DNA of 64,000 nucleotides from Vicingaceae bacterium (GTDB taxonomy: Bacteria; Bacteroidota; Bacteroidia; Flavobacteriales_E; Vicingaceae). How positions within the stretch are numbered: the first letter of the stretch is position 1; every line of letters starts with the position of its first letter. The stretch spans positions 1,354,790-1,418,789 of the forward strand of contig OZ254088.1 in the NCBI GenBank assembly GCA_965267605.1, written 5' to 3'. The position numbers were made by a program, and so were the translations under genes. The notes beneath the pieces were generated by a model that saw nothing but the letters and a program-made list of their open reading frames with translations, did not search any database and had not been told where the DNA came from. This document shows, piece by piece, positions 8,523-18,303 of this stretch.

Positions 8523-10859
8523 ATGAAAAAGTCACTATTGACAGCGTTGATGTTAGCGCATGTTCTCCTTTTCGCCCAGAACGAGAACATGAACTATAAT
8601 AAGTTCAAACAGCTGAAGCAGGAACTGGCTACACCTAATGTTTACCGAACTGCATCAGGGGCACCTGGTCACGCGTACTATCAGCAGCGCGCTGATTATG
8701 ATATGAAAATAGAGCTGGACGATGACAAGCAGAAGATCACCGGAAGCGAAACGATCACCTATTACAACAATTCGCCAGACGAGCTTAGATACCTATGGAT
8801 TCAATTGGATCAGAATGTTAGGGCCAAAGATTCTGATACCTATAAAGTGCAGACGAATTCACTTGATGATGGACTAACTGTCAATGAACTACAGCGACTA
8901 CATAGCGATTTCGATGGTGGCTTCAAGATTCAGTCAGTTACAGATGCCGGGGGCAAGAAACTCAAGCATGTGATCAATAAAACCATGATGCGCATTGATC
9001 TGCCAAGACCTTTGGCTCCAAAAGCCTCGTACAGCTTCAAGATCAAGTGGTGGTACAATATCAACGACCGGATGAAGATTGGCGGTCGTTCTGGTTACGA
9101 GTATTTCGCGAAAGAAGACAACTACCTATATACCATCGCGCAGTTCTATCCAAGAATGTGTGTGTATAACGAGGTAGAAGGATGGCAGAACAAGCAATTC
9201 CTTGGCCGCGGAGAGTTCACGCTTACATTTGGGAACTTCAAAGTGGCCATCACGGTACCTGAAGACCACATTGTGGCATCAACGGGGATGCTTCAGAATG
9301 GAAGCTCAATCCTTACCACAGATCAGAAAGCAAGGTGGAAGAAGGCCCTGAACTCATTTGACAAACCAGTGATCATCGCCAACCAGGATGAGGCGATTGA
9401 AAGGGAGAAGAAACACGCCAAGAAGAAAAAGACCTGGATCTACAAGGCTGAAAACGTGCGTGACTTTGCATTCGCCTCGTCCAGAAAGTTCATCTGGGAT
9501 GCACAAGCCGTAAAAATTGGCGGCAAGACTGTTATGGCAATGTCATACTATCCGAAGGAAGGAAATCCACTTTGGGAAAGGTACTCTACCAAGGTTGTCG
9601 CCCACACCATCAAGACCTACTCGAAGTACACGGTTGATTACAATTACCCCGTTGCTATTTCGGTTCATGCCGCTGACATAGGTATGGAATACCCCATGAT
9701 TTGCTTCAACTTCGGCAGACCCGAGGAAGATGGTACTTACAACCCAAGAACCAAATATGGTATGATTGGGGTTATCATACACGAAGTTGGTCACAACTTC
9801 TTCCCAATGATCATTAACTCTGATGAAAGACAGTGGACCTGGATGGATGAAGGGCTAAACACATTTGTGCAGTACCTCACCGAGCAAGAATGGGAACGCG
9901 GCTATCCTTCAAGAAGAGGTCCTGCGTACAAGATCACAGACTATATGGCAGGTGATAAATCCTACATTACCCCTATCATGACCAACTCTGAATCTATTTA
10001 CCAGTTTGGCAACAACGCTTACGGAAAGCCCGCCACAGCGTTGAATATTCTTAGAGAAACTGTGCTAGGCAGAGAGTTGTTCGACTATTCCTTTAAGGAG
10101 TATTGTAGAAGATGGGCCTTTAAACATCCAACACCGGCTGATTTCTTCAGAACAATGGAAGATGCTTCCGGGGTTGATCTTGATTGGTTCTGGAGAGGCT
10201 GGTTCTTTACCACTGACCATTGTGATCAGGCTATCGAAAATGTAGACTGGTACCAGATCGATACGCAAGACCCTGAAGTAGAATTCCCAATCAGCAAAAA
10301 GGAAGACGACACACGAGAGAATCGATTCATAGGCAACCAGCGCAACAAAACCCAGATTGCGCAAACCATTACTGAGAAGGATCCTGAAACAGTTGACTTC
10401 TATACGAAGTATGACCCCTACGAAGTAACCATTCTGGACAAGCAAGACTATGACCTATCAGTAAGTGATTATACGGATGATGAAAAGAAACTCCTCACCA
10501 AAGACTTCAACTACTATCAGGTAACGCTTGTGAATAGAGGGGGATTGGTGATGCCGGTTATTTTAAACTTTACCTACGAGGACGGATCGCAAAAATTGGT
10601 TCGGATACCTGCAGAAATCTGGAGAATGAACGACCGAAGGGTTCAGAAGGTGTTTGTTTCCAAGAAGAAGGTTAAACAGATAGAATTGGATCCACACCTC
10701 GAGATCGCGGATACTGATGAGTCCAATAACTACTGGCCTTCCCGTAAAAAGCCGAACAGATTCCAGATTTACAAGGAGAACTGGAAGATGGAGAATCCTA
10801 TGCAACGCAAGCAGCGTGCAATCGAAATGGAACGGAAATTGCTGGAAGGAGGTGACTAA
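8523..10859 (+). CDS. M1 family metallopeptidase (aminopeptidase N-like gluzincin), secreted
   Basis: Signal peptide; HEVGHNFF...WMDEGLNTF (HExxH-x18-E gluzincin signature); length is M1-like. Confidence 0.8.
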   Translation: MKKSLLTALMLAHVLLFAQNENMNYNKFKQLKQELATPNVYRTASGAPGHAYYQQRADYDMKIELDDDKQKITGSETITYYNNSPDELRYLWIQLDQNVRAKDSDTYKVQTNSLDDGLTVNELQRLHSDFDGGFKIQSVTDAGGKKLKHVINKTMMRIDLPRPLAPKASYSFKIKWWYNINDRMKIGGRSGYEYFAKEDNYLYTIAQFYPRMCVYNEVEGWQNKQFLGRGEFTLTFGNFKVAITVPEDHIVASTGMLQNGSSILTTDQKARWKKALNSFDKPVIIANQDEAIEREKKHAKKKKTWIYKAENVRDFAFASSRKFIWDAQAVKIGGKTVMAMSYYPKEGNPLWERYSTKVVAHTIKTYSKYTVDYNYPVAISVHAADIGMEYPMICFNFGRPEEDGTYNPRTKYGMIGVIIHEVGHNFFPMIINSDERQWTWMDEGLNTFVQYLTEQEWERGYPSRRGPAYKITDYMAGDKSYITPIMTNSESIYQFGNNAYGKPATALNILRETVLGRELFDYSFKEYCRRWAFKHPTPADFFRTMEDASGVDLDWFWRGWFFTTDHCDQAIENVDWYQIDTQDPEVEFPISKKEDDTRENRFIGNQRNKTQIAQTITEKDPETVDFYTKYDPYEVTILDKQDYDLSVSDYTDDEKKLLTKDFNYYQVTLVNRGGLVMPVILNFTYEDGSQKLVRIPAEIWRMNDRRVQKVFVSKKKVKQIELDPHLEIADTDESNNYWPSRKKPNRFQIYKENWKMENPMQRKQRAIEMERKLLEGGD

Positions 10860-10865
10860 CCTCTG

Positions 10866-11360
10866 ATGAAGGCAGTAATCTACGCCATACTATTCCTTGG
10901 GGTACTCAACCCCACTCCACATGACTTTCATGTGAGCATCCTGAATATGGAGTACAACGCCAAGTCGAAGAACCTTGAGTGTAGTTTCAAGATTTTTATT
11001 GATGACCTCGAGAAGGCCCTGATGGAAAATGGCGCTCCCAAATTGAATCTGAACACCAAAACCGAGCACGCCAAAACGAACTACTATATCGTTGCCTACT
11101 TAAGAAAGCACTTCAAAGTGAAGCAAAACGGCTCCAACGTTACCTACAACGTAATAGGTAAGGAATATGAGGAGGATGTATGCTGGGTTTACGTGGAAAC
11201 CGACAAGGTTAAAGACATGAGTTCCCTCTTGGTCAGAAACACGTTGCTGTTCAACACTTTTAGCGACCAGGCTAACATCGTACATGTTAAGCATCCAGAC
11301 AAAGGCAAGAAAAGTGTTTTCCTTCGCGTTGGAGAACCTGAAGGAACTGTTCACTTTTGA
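10866..11360 (+). CDS. Hypothetical secreted protein
   Basis: N-terminal signal peptide; no recognised motif. Confidence 0.45.
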   Translation: MKAVIYAILFLGVLNPTPHDFHVSILNMEYNAKSKNLECSFKIFIDDLEKALMENGAPKLNLNTKTEHAKTNYYIVAYLRKHFKVKQNGSNVTYNVIGKEYEEDVCWVYVETDKVKDMSSLLVRNTLLFNTFSDQANIVHVKHPDKGKKSVFLRVGEPEGTVHF

Positions 11361-11430
11361 ACATTTCCCGGTTGATTAAACCAACCGCTCCCTCCTACCT
11401 GCTGCCAGTTTAATTTGTAATCTCGTCCTT

Positions 11431-12990
11431 ATGCGCAGACTGTTGTCGGCATTCATATTAATTACCAGTTCGTTAGGTCTCTTTTCTCAAGAGAAGTTTC
11501 CCAAGGGTCTTGACTTTACCATGGCCCGTTACAAGGAAATTCCTGAGGTAAAGAAATTCCTCAAGGAGAACTCCCTCAAAGGCTTTTCTGTAAACGAAGT
11601 AGAAGCACAGGTCATGACCGTGAGGTACGAATCCATGGGGCTCAATTGTTATAAGAAGACCAGCGACATGATGGATCGCATTGCCAAAAAGTATCCTTCC
11701 GAGATACAGGCCATGGTGAATACAGATAAAGACCTGATTGAACGCATGAAGGCCATCCTTAACGAAGAGGGTATCCCCGAGCATCTGGTTTATCTTACAT
11801 ATGCACTGTCCGGCCTTAACTCTTCAGCCACCACAGATGATGGTCGCGCTGGAATATGGATGCTCCCTTATCACGTTGCCGCGAGATGTAACTGCAGACT
11901 TGGGCCACAAATAGATGAGCGGATCAACTATGATTTTGAAAGTCAAACAAGGTGTGCCGCAAAATACCTTAAAGACCTTCACAGAAAATACAAGAATTGG
12001 GAACTGGCCACACAAGCCTACATTCATAATCCTGCCAGCCTAAACAGAGCCATCAATAGAATTGGCGGATATGAAGCGCTGCTTTCTGCAGACAGCCTAC
12101 TACCTAAGCAGTTACGGGAGTCATTCTATGTGTATGAAGCCGTAGCCTACATTGCTAAGTACTGCGCGGAGCTGGGTATTCCAGAAATGAAACTAACCAT
12201 CAAACGAACCGTTCCATCGCAAGCACTGATGATGCCTGATATGGTATACATGGAGCCGCTTCAAAAGATGCTGGGTATAAAGCAGGATGATATCAAGCGC
12301 GACAACCCGGAACTTCGCCATGACGTTATCCCTAAAGGATACCGACTTCGCCTTTCGACTGCTGACCTGGACAAGCTTGAGGCTTCATGTGACTCCTTCT
12401 TTAATTACCAGGATTCTGTCTACATAAGAACCAAGAAGAAGTACTTCATTGCTAACAAAGAACGCATCATTGAGGAGCGCAAGATTTTCAAGCGGCCTCC
12501 TGGTGTGGCAAAGATTCTATACAAGGTAAAAAGCGGAGATAACCTCGGCTTTATTGCAGACTGGTACGATGTAAAGGTGAGTAAAATTCAATACTGGAAC
12601 GGTATCCGCAGCTCTCGCATTTACGCTGGCCAGCAATTGGTTATTTATGTACCTCAGTCGAAAGAAGAATACTACCAACAAATAGATGGACTAACATTTA
12701 AGCAGAAGCAGCGACTGGATGGCCGTACCATCCAGAAAGGTGGTTCCAAACCATCGGGAAGATCAAAACCCAAATCTGGTGGGAAAACCACCACATCCAA
12801 GCCTAAGTCTGGCAATAAGCCAAGAATCAAGAAAGGCGTTTCCTACATCACCTACACGGTGAAGAGTGGAGACAATCTGTGGCTTATAGCCAAGAAATAC
12901 CCAGGTATTTCAGCGCAGAACATAATGGACCTGAACGGCATCGATAGCAACCTGCAAATCGGTCAAAAATTATACATAAAGGAGAAGTAG
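11431..12990 (+). CDS. Lytic transglycosylase (MltD-like SLT domain) with two C-terminal LysM domains
   Basis: Signal peptide, an SLT-like core (LVYLTYALSGLNSSATTDDGRAGIWML) and two LysM motifs (YKVKSGDNLGFIADWY...; YTVKSGDNLWLIAKKY...LQIGQKLYI). Confidence 0.75.
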   Translation: MRRLLSAFILITSSLGLFSQEKFPKGLDFTMARYKEIPEVKKFLKENSLKGFSVNEVEAQVMTVRYESMGLNCYKKTSDMMDRIAKKYPSEIQAMVNTDKDLIERMKAILNEEGIPEHLVYLTYALSGLNSSATTDDGRAGIWMLPYHVAARCNCRLGPQIDERINYDFESQTRCAAKYLKDLHRKYKNWELATQAYIHNPASLNRAINRIGGYEALLSADSLLPKQLRESFYVYEAVAYIAKYCAELGIPEMKLTIKRTVPSQALMMPDMVYMEPLQKMLGIKQDDIKRDNPELRHDVIPKGYRLRLSTADLDKLEASCDSFFNYQDSVYIRTKKKYFIANKERIIEERKIFKRPPGVAKILYKVKSGDNLGFIADWYDVKVSKIQYWNGIRSSRIYAGQQLVIYVPQSKEEYYQQIDGLTFKQKQRLDGRTIQKGGSKPSGRSKPKSGGKTTTSKPKSGNKPRIKKGVSYITYTVKSGDNLWLIAKKYPGISAQNIMDLNGIDSNLQIGQKLYIKEK

Positions 12991-12992
12991 CC

Positions 12993-14453
12993 ATGGTAAA
13001 ACCTATGCATACTTTCGGTTTTGTTGTCAGCGTGCTGGCTGGCCTATTTATAATCTCATGTATACTACCGGAGGACGGCTGGAAAGTAAGTAAGGACTTT
13101 GCCTTCAAATTCCCTCATTACAATGATATCCTGCTGGTAGACACGGTTGAAGACAAATCGATTGACGATATCCTGGCCGTGATTGATGATACGCTTGGTG
13201 GTGACCTGGACTCAACAGCCATCAAGGACGCTATTAAGCGCAAGGCTGATTCCCTGAAAAAGGTGAACATTAACCTTCAGTACAAAGACAACGACAAATC
13301 TAAGTTGTATGCCTTTTTTAAGGCGCTGGATAAATCAAAGTCGAGCGGAGAGAAGATCAGGATTCTACATTATGGTGATTCGCAAATTGAAGGTGACAGG
13401 CTCTCCGGATATTTCAGAAACAAGCTTCAAACCAAGTTCGGTGGCCGTGGGCCAGGATTAGTGGCTGCGGTGCCGTTGGTAAACAGTAGATCTATTTCTC
13501 AATCCAATTCTGATGAATGGAAACGGTATACCCTTTATGGAAGAAGAGATACGCTGGTAAAACACAAGCGATATGGCCTGCTTGCGAATTTCGGACGCTT
13601 CTCTCCTATTGTACCTGACTCCTTGATGAAGGACACCACATATACCGGAACCATTTCATTCAAGCAATCTTATATCGGGTTCTCAAATACCCGCACCTTC
13701 TCAAGAGCTGTAATCTACTACGGATATAACCGGTCTGATGTCAAGCTGGAGGTAATGATTAACGGTTCCCTTGCCGGCTCACACTCCATGCCTGCAAACA
13801 AGGGATTCAAGAAACTGGTGGTGCCTTTCGCTACCACACCTCAGAAGTTTGACTTTAAGTTCAGCGGTAAGGATAGCCCCGACATCTACGGGATTTCTTT
13901 TGAAAGCAACAAAGGTGTAATGCTTGACAACATTGCGCTAAGGGGTAGTTCAGGTACACTGTTTAGCAAGATTCAGAAATCTCAACTACAATCTCAGTAT
14001 GACGATCTGAATGTTAAGCTTCTGATCCTTCAGTTTGGTGGAAACGTGCTTCCCTACATCAAAAGCGATGCTAAGGCAAAGCAATACGCAGATTGGTTCA
14101 AGTCTCAGATATACAGGCTAAAGCAAATGAATCCAGGGGCTTCCGTTATCGTTATTGGTCCTGCGGATATGTCTGTCAAAGAGAAAAGCGAATATGTAAC
14201 CCACCCCTATCTGGAATCTGTCAGAAACCACCTGAAGGCCGCAACATTTGAAGCTGGTGGGGCTTATTTCGACCTCTATGAAGCTATGGGTGGAAAGAAT
14301 TCAATGCCACTATGGGTAAAGGCTGATCCTTCATTGGCTGCCAAAGATTACATCCATTTCAATCATAGGGGCGCGCGGAAGGTTGCAGAGATGATTTACC
14401 GTTCGCTTGAAAACGATTACAACGCTTACAAAAAGAGAAACAGTGCGAAGTAG
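12993..14453 (+). CDS. SGNH/GDSL-hydrolase-like protein (AlgX/AlgJ/PatB-like partner of an MBOAT)
   Basis: ILHYGDSQIEGDRLSGYFR block (GDS(L)-like) and a C-terminal DxxH-like block (DYIHFNHRGARK). Confidence 0.55.
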   Translation: MVKPMHTFGFVVSVLAGLFIISCILPEDGWKVSKDFAFKFPHYNDILLVDTVEDKSIDDILAVIDDTLGGDLDSTAIKDAIKRKADSLKKVNINLQYKDNDKSKLYAFFKALDKSKSSGEKIRILHYGDSQIEGDRLSGYFRNKLQTKFGGRGPGLVAAVPLVNSRSISQSNSDEWKRYTLYGRRDTLVKHKRYGLLANFGRFSPIVPDSLMKDTTYTGTISFKQSYIGFSNTRTFSRAVIYYGYNRSDVKLEVMINGSLAGSHSMPANKGFKKLVVPFATTPQKFDFKFSGKDSPDIYGISFESNKGVMLDNIALRGSSGTLFSKIQKSQLQSQYDDLNVKLLILQFGGNVLPYIKSDAKAKQYADWFKSQIYRLKQMNPGASVIVIGPADMSVKEKSEYVTHPYLESVRNHLKAATFEAGGAYFDLYEAMGGKNSMPLWVKADPSLAAKDYIHFNHRGARKVAEMIYRSLENDYNAYKKRNSAK

Positions 14454-15693
14454 ACTTGTTGCCATATCAATGTTACTGGCAAGTTCTGGTGTGTTTGCTC
14501 AGAACTTCCCGCATCAGCTTGACTATTACGACTTCGTGAATTATGACAAGAACCACATTGAGTTCTATGGTGACACGAGCAAATGGAACCAGCTTTTCTC
14601 CAAGTTTGATAAAATCATGTACGAAGGTGAAGGACAGGTTCACATGCTACACATGGGAGGCTCTCACATCCAGGCCGATATCTGGTCAGAAAGGATGCGG
14701 GAACGACTTCAGGGTTACGCCAACGGGTCAAACGCTGGTCGTGGCTGGCTTTTCCCCTTCAAAATGGCCAGGACCAACAACCCTTACAATTACTTCGCAA
14801 TCTGGGATGGTGAATGGACTTACTGCAAGAATGTGATGCGGGAGGTATGTGATCTTGGTGTTAGTGGCATACGTGTTACAACAAAAGATACGCTTACACG
14901 GATTAAGGTCAATTTCAGACAGGCACTTCGCGGAATACCTTATCAGCCTTATGATGTGAAGAAACTCACGGTAGTTCATGGTGCTGATTCAGGTTCGTTC
15001 AGCGTAATGTTAACGGACTCCAGTGTGCTGCACCAGGTTGGTTACGATAAAGATTTGGGTACAACCACCTTTGAGTTTGACCAGCATCAGCCCAACGTAG
15101 AGATCACAATTGCCAAGACTGACTCTACACAAGATCACTTCACGTTGTATGGTTTGTACGTAGAAACGGAAGATCCTGGATTTGTGTACAACGCGATTGG
15201 TGTAAATGGTGCGAGTACGCAATCTTACCTCAAATGCAACCAATGGGGCAAGCAAATGAAGGTCATTCATCCGGATCTGGTGGTGTTCTCTATTGGCATC
15301 AACGATGCTTATGAGCCCGGTTTTGACCCAGAAGTGTATTACAAGAATTACTGTAAGCTCATGGACATGGTATTGGAAGCCAATCCAAATGCCACCTTCT
15401 TACTCACATCCAATAATGACTCCTACTACCGAAGAAGGTATGCCAATCCAAGGGCCATTGAAGCCAGGAAAGTAATGCACAGGCTTAGCAAGAAGTACAA
15501 TTGTGCCTTCTGGGACATGTTTGAGGTAATGGGAGGGCTCGGCTCAGTTAAACTCTGGGTAGACAATGGGCTGGCACAAAAAGACAAGATCCATTTAACA
15601 AGAGAAGGATACCATATGATGGGTGACCTGATGTTCTCAGCCATCATGGAAGCGTATGCTGATTACCAACGAAAGCAGCACAAGGGAGATTGA
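14443..15693 (+). CDS. Second SGNH/GDSL-hydrolase-like protein (paralogous to the upstream gene)
   Basis: HMLHMGGSHIQADIW and DKIHLTREGYHMMGDLMF blocks. Plausible starts are GTG 14443 (MRSRLVAISMLLASSGVFA signal peptide), TTG 14407 or ATG 14470. Confidence 0.55.
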   Translation: MRSRLVAISMLLASSGVFAQNFPHQLDYYDFVNYDKNHIEFYGDTSKWNQLFSKFDKIMYEGEGQVHMLHMGGSHIQADIWSERMRERLQGYANGSNAGRGWLFPFKMARTNNPYNYFAIWDGEWTYCKNVMREVCDLGVSGIRVTTKDTLTRIKVNFRQALRGIPYQPYDVKKLTVVHGADSGSFSVMLTDSSVLHQVGYDKDLGTTTFEFDQHQPNVEITIAKTDSTQDHFTLYGLYVETEDPGFVYNAIGVNGASTQSYLKCNQWGKQMKVIHPDLVVFSIGINDAYEPGFDPEVYYKNYCKLMDMVLEANPNATFLLTSNNDSYYRRRYANPRAIEARKVMHRLSKKYNCAFWDMFEVMGGLGSVKLWVDNGLAQKDKIHLTREGYHMMGDLMFSAIMEAYADYQRKQHKGD

Positions 15694-17369
15694 TTAACCA
15701 ATTCTTCAATATCGATGTATGGAAGGCCATATTCTTGTACAACGAGAATGAAGCGCCTTTCATCTTCACTTCCATTTATTTCTGGATATTCTTTGCGTTC
15801 GTGCTGCTTATATTTTCGGTGGGCCACAAGCAGCGCGCGGTCAGGAATGCATTCCTGTTCATTGTTTCATTGTTCTTTTACTGGAAGACCTCAGGTCTGT
15901 TCTTCCTGATCCTGGTGTTTAGTACGCTGTCTGATTATCTGATAGGTTGGCTCATTCACAGCAGGAAACAGGAGTGGGTGCGGAGGTCCTGGGTAGCAGC
16001 TAGCGTTATTATCAACCTTACTGTACTGTGCTACTTCAAGTACATGTACTTCTTCGTAGAATCCTGTAACGACATGTTCGGTACCGAATATTCGGTATTT
16101 AACTACCTCGCACATTGGTCAAACCAATGGTTGGGCACGGGTTTCGATGTGGACAAGATCCTCCTGCCGGTAGGAATATCGTTTTACACCTTCCAAACCA
16201 TTAGCTACTCCGTAGATGTTTACAAAAAGCGCATTGAGCCGGTGAAGAACATTCTGGATTTTGGTTTCTATGTGTCGTTCTTCCCTCAATTGGTTGCAGG
16301 TCCAATCGTAAGGGCCAATGAGTTCATCCCACAACTTTACAAACCTTATAAGCTAAATGGCTACCAGTTTGGTCTGGCCATATTCTGGATACTTAACGGA
16401 CTGATCAAGAAGATTGTAATTGGCGATTATATGGCCGTCAACTTTATAGACCGTGTTTTCGCTAATCCAACACTGTTTAGCGGGTTTGAGAATCTAATGT
16501 CATTGTACGGATATTCCCTGCAGGTATATGCAGATTTCAGTGGATATACTGATATAGCCATTGGCGTTGCCGCGCTAATGGGTTTCAAGCTTCCTACCAA
16601 CTTCAACTCACCGTACAAAGCCAAAAGTGTAGCAGAGTTCTGGAAGAGATGGCACATTTCCCTCTCTACGTGGCTAAAGGACTACCTGTACATTCCGCTG
16701 GGAGGTAACAGGAAAGGAACCGTTGCAACGTACGCCTGTATCGCAGCACTATCGGTATTCCTCGTGCTCATTGTTGGTGAAATGTGGGTGGCCTACCTCC
16801 TACTGGCAATTGCATTTGTTCTTACGCTATTGGCTGTTCTTATCCCATCTTTTAGGTTGGCGGTTAGCCACAACATCAATCTCCTTGTAACCATGTTGCT
16901 TGGTGGTTTATGGCACGGATCGAGCTGGATGTTCATTGTCTGGGGTGGTTTAAATGGTTTAGGGCTGGTAGTTTACAAGCTTTGGAAGAAGATTAGCCCC
17001 TGGGATGGCATAAAACACTGGTCTGTTATAGCCCTTAGAATTTTCATCACCTTCAACTTCATCACTTTTACCCGAATTTGGTTCCGCGGTGAGAGTAAAG
17101 AAGGTACAGAACAGATTCTGAACCAGATTGGAAGTGACTTTAGTGCGAATCTCATTCCTGAAATCCTGGTCTCTTACAAGTGGGTGTTCATCACGCTTCT
17201 TGTGGGCATGATCATTCATTGGCTGCCTGTTCGGACCAAAGTGTGGTACCGACATCTTTTCATCAAATCTCCCGCAATTGTAAAAATTCTTGCCTGCATC
17301 GGGGCGGTCTTTTTAGTCTATCAATCAATGAGTTCCGAGCTTGTCGCGTTTATTTATTTCCAGTTCTAA
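15690..17369 (+). CDS. MBOAT family membrane-bound O-acyltransferase (AlgI/DltB/PatA-like)
   Basis: Multi-pass membrane protein with the conserved MBOAT His region (LLGGLWHGSSWMFIVWGGLNG) and AlgI-like blocks (FPQLVAGPIVRANEF; YADFSGYTDIAIG). Its start overlaps the upstream stop. Confidence 0.85.
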   Translation: MINQFFNIDVWKAIFLYNENEAPFIFTSIYFWIFFAFVLLIFSVGHKQRAVRNAFLFIVSLFFYWKTSGLFFLILVFSTLSDYLIGWLIHSRKQEWVRRSWVAASVIINLTVLCYFKYMYFFVESCNDMFGTEYSVFNYLAHWSNQWLGTGFDVDKILLPVGISFYTFQTISYSVDVYKKRIEPVKNILDFGFYVSFFPQLVAGPIVRANEFIPQLYKPYKLNGYQFGLAIFWILNGLIKKIVIGDYMAVNFIDRVFANPTLFSGFENLMSLYGYSLQVYADFSGYTDIAIGVAALMGFKLPTNFNSPYKAKSVAEFWKRWHISLSTWLKDYLYIPLGGNRKGTVATYACIAALSVFLVLIVGEMWVAYLLLAIAFVLTLLAVLIPSFRLAVSHNINLLVTMLLGGLWHGSSWMFIVWGGLNGLGLVVYKLWKKISPWDGIKHWSVIALRIFITFNFITFTRIWFRGESKEGTEQILNQIGSDFSANLIPEILVSYKWVFITLLVGMIIHWLPVRTKVWYRHLFIKSPAIVKILACIGAVFLVYQSMSSELVAFIYFQF

Positions 17370-17420
17370 AACTTTTTGGCACGGTACTTGTTTACAAGGG
17401 TATAAACTAAAAACTGAGCC

Positions 17421-17567
17421 ATGTTAGACTTGAAAAAAGAATACAACAAAGCCAAAGAAAGAGCACTTGAACTAATGCTTAACGGACAGATCGCTGCCTA
17501 CCTCAAGCAGCTTGATGAAATCGAAAACATCAAACTAAAATTGAACGTCCTTAGACTTTCAGCTTAA
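17421..17567 (+). CDS. Small hypothetical ORF (48 aa, helical), speculative
   Basis: ATG-initiated ORF MLDLKKEYNKAKERALELMLNGQIAAYLKQLDEIENIK... in an otherwise empty 200-bp gap. Confidence 0.2.
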   Translation: MLDLKKEYNKAKERALELMLNGQIAAYLKQLDEIENIKLKLNVLRLSA

Positions 17568-17571
17568 GACT

Positions 17572-18303
17572 TTAGTAGTTACCAGGCCTGTCGTCCTCTC
17601 GGACGTAGGTTCTGTATTTACCCTTCACAGCAAGAATGATCTCGTATTGCGTTGCATTGCGCAGGAAATGATCTGAGAACCTACAATGCCTAATGAATGG
17701 TTCAAATTCACTGTCTTCAAGGTCGATCATATCTGCTTGCCTGTAAATCTTAAGAAGCTCGCTCATCAAGGCAATCTTCTTGTCCTCGTTTTCCAATTGT
17801 GCCAACTTCCTTTTTGACCGCTCGTACCTACTAAAGGTCTGATACAGATACGTTATAGGTGAAGAAAGTGCACCAGCAACTGTGTGAATCCTTTCTGGAT
17901 CTATTTTAGGTCCTAATCTCCTAAGATCCTTTTGTACTTCCGTATACTCCCGGAGTGGTTTCACTTCATGCGCAGCCATATTAATGTTGATCCTGGACAG
18001 GGTAATATCTAAACCAAAGACATTCTTGGTTTTCGAAGAATCCCTTAGACATATGTATTTGATAGCATAGCCCGGAACAGAGATCATCAGCGTATCCTTT
18101 CTAAGGCACCTGGTAGTAAATCTACCATTGACACTCCCGAAATACCCCAAATTGGTCCGCTTATTGGCAATCATGAGGTAACCTAAGCCTCCCTTCTCTT
18201 CTACTCTAACCAAGCCTTTTACGGTAATGGTATCGTTTTGCGCATAAGCGATTTGCCCCAAAAACAGGGCGATTATGAGATATTTCCCGACTTTTATGTT
18301 CAT
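17572..18303 (-). CDS. Hypothetical secreted protein with an N-terminal CarbopepD_reg-like domain
   Basis: Signal peptide MNIKVGKYLIIALFLGQIAYAQ, then ITVKGLVRVEEKGG...GRFTTRCLRKDTLMISVPGYA. Start trimmed to the ATG at 18303. Confidence 0.5.
   Translation of the reverse strand: MNIKVGKYLIIALFLGQIAYAQNDTITVKGLVRVEEKGGLGYLMIANKRTNLGYFGSVNGRFTTRCLRKDTLMISVPGYAIKYICLRDSSKTKNVFGLDITLSRININMAAHEVKPLREYTEVQKDLRRLGPKIDPERIHTVAGALSSPITYLYQTFSRYERSKRKLAQLENEDKKIALMSELLKIYRQADMIDLEDSEFEPFIRHCRFSDHFLRNATQYEIILAVKGKYRTYVREDDRPGNY

Noticed and set aside
11365-11400. Hairpin CCGGTTG-attaaac-CAACCG after the 10866..11360 gene
   Set aside because: It is followed by CTCCCTCC rather than a T-run. A weak terminator at best.
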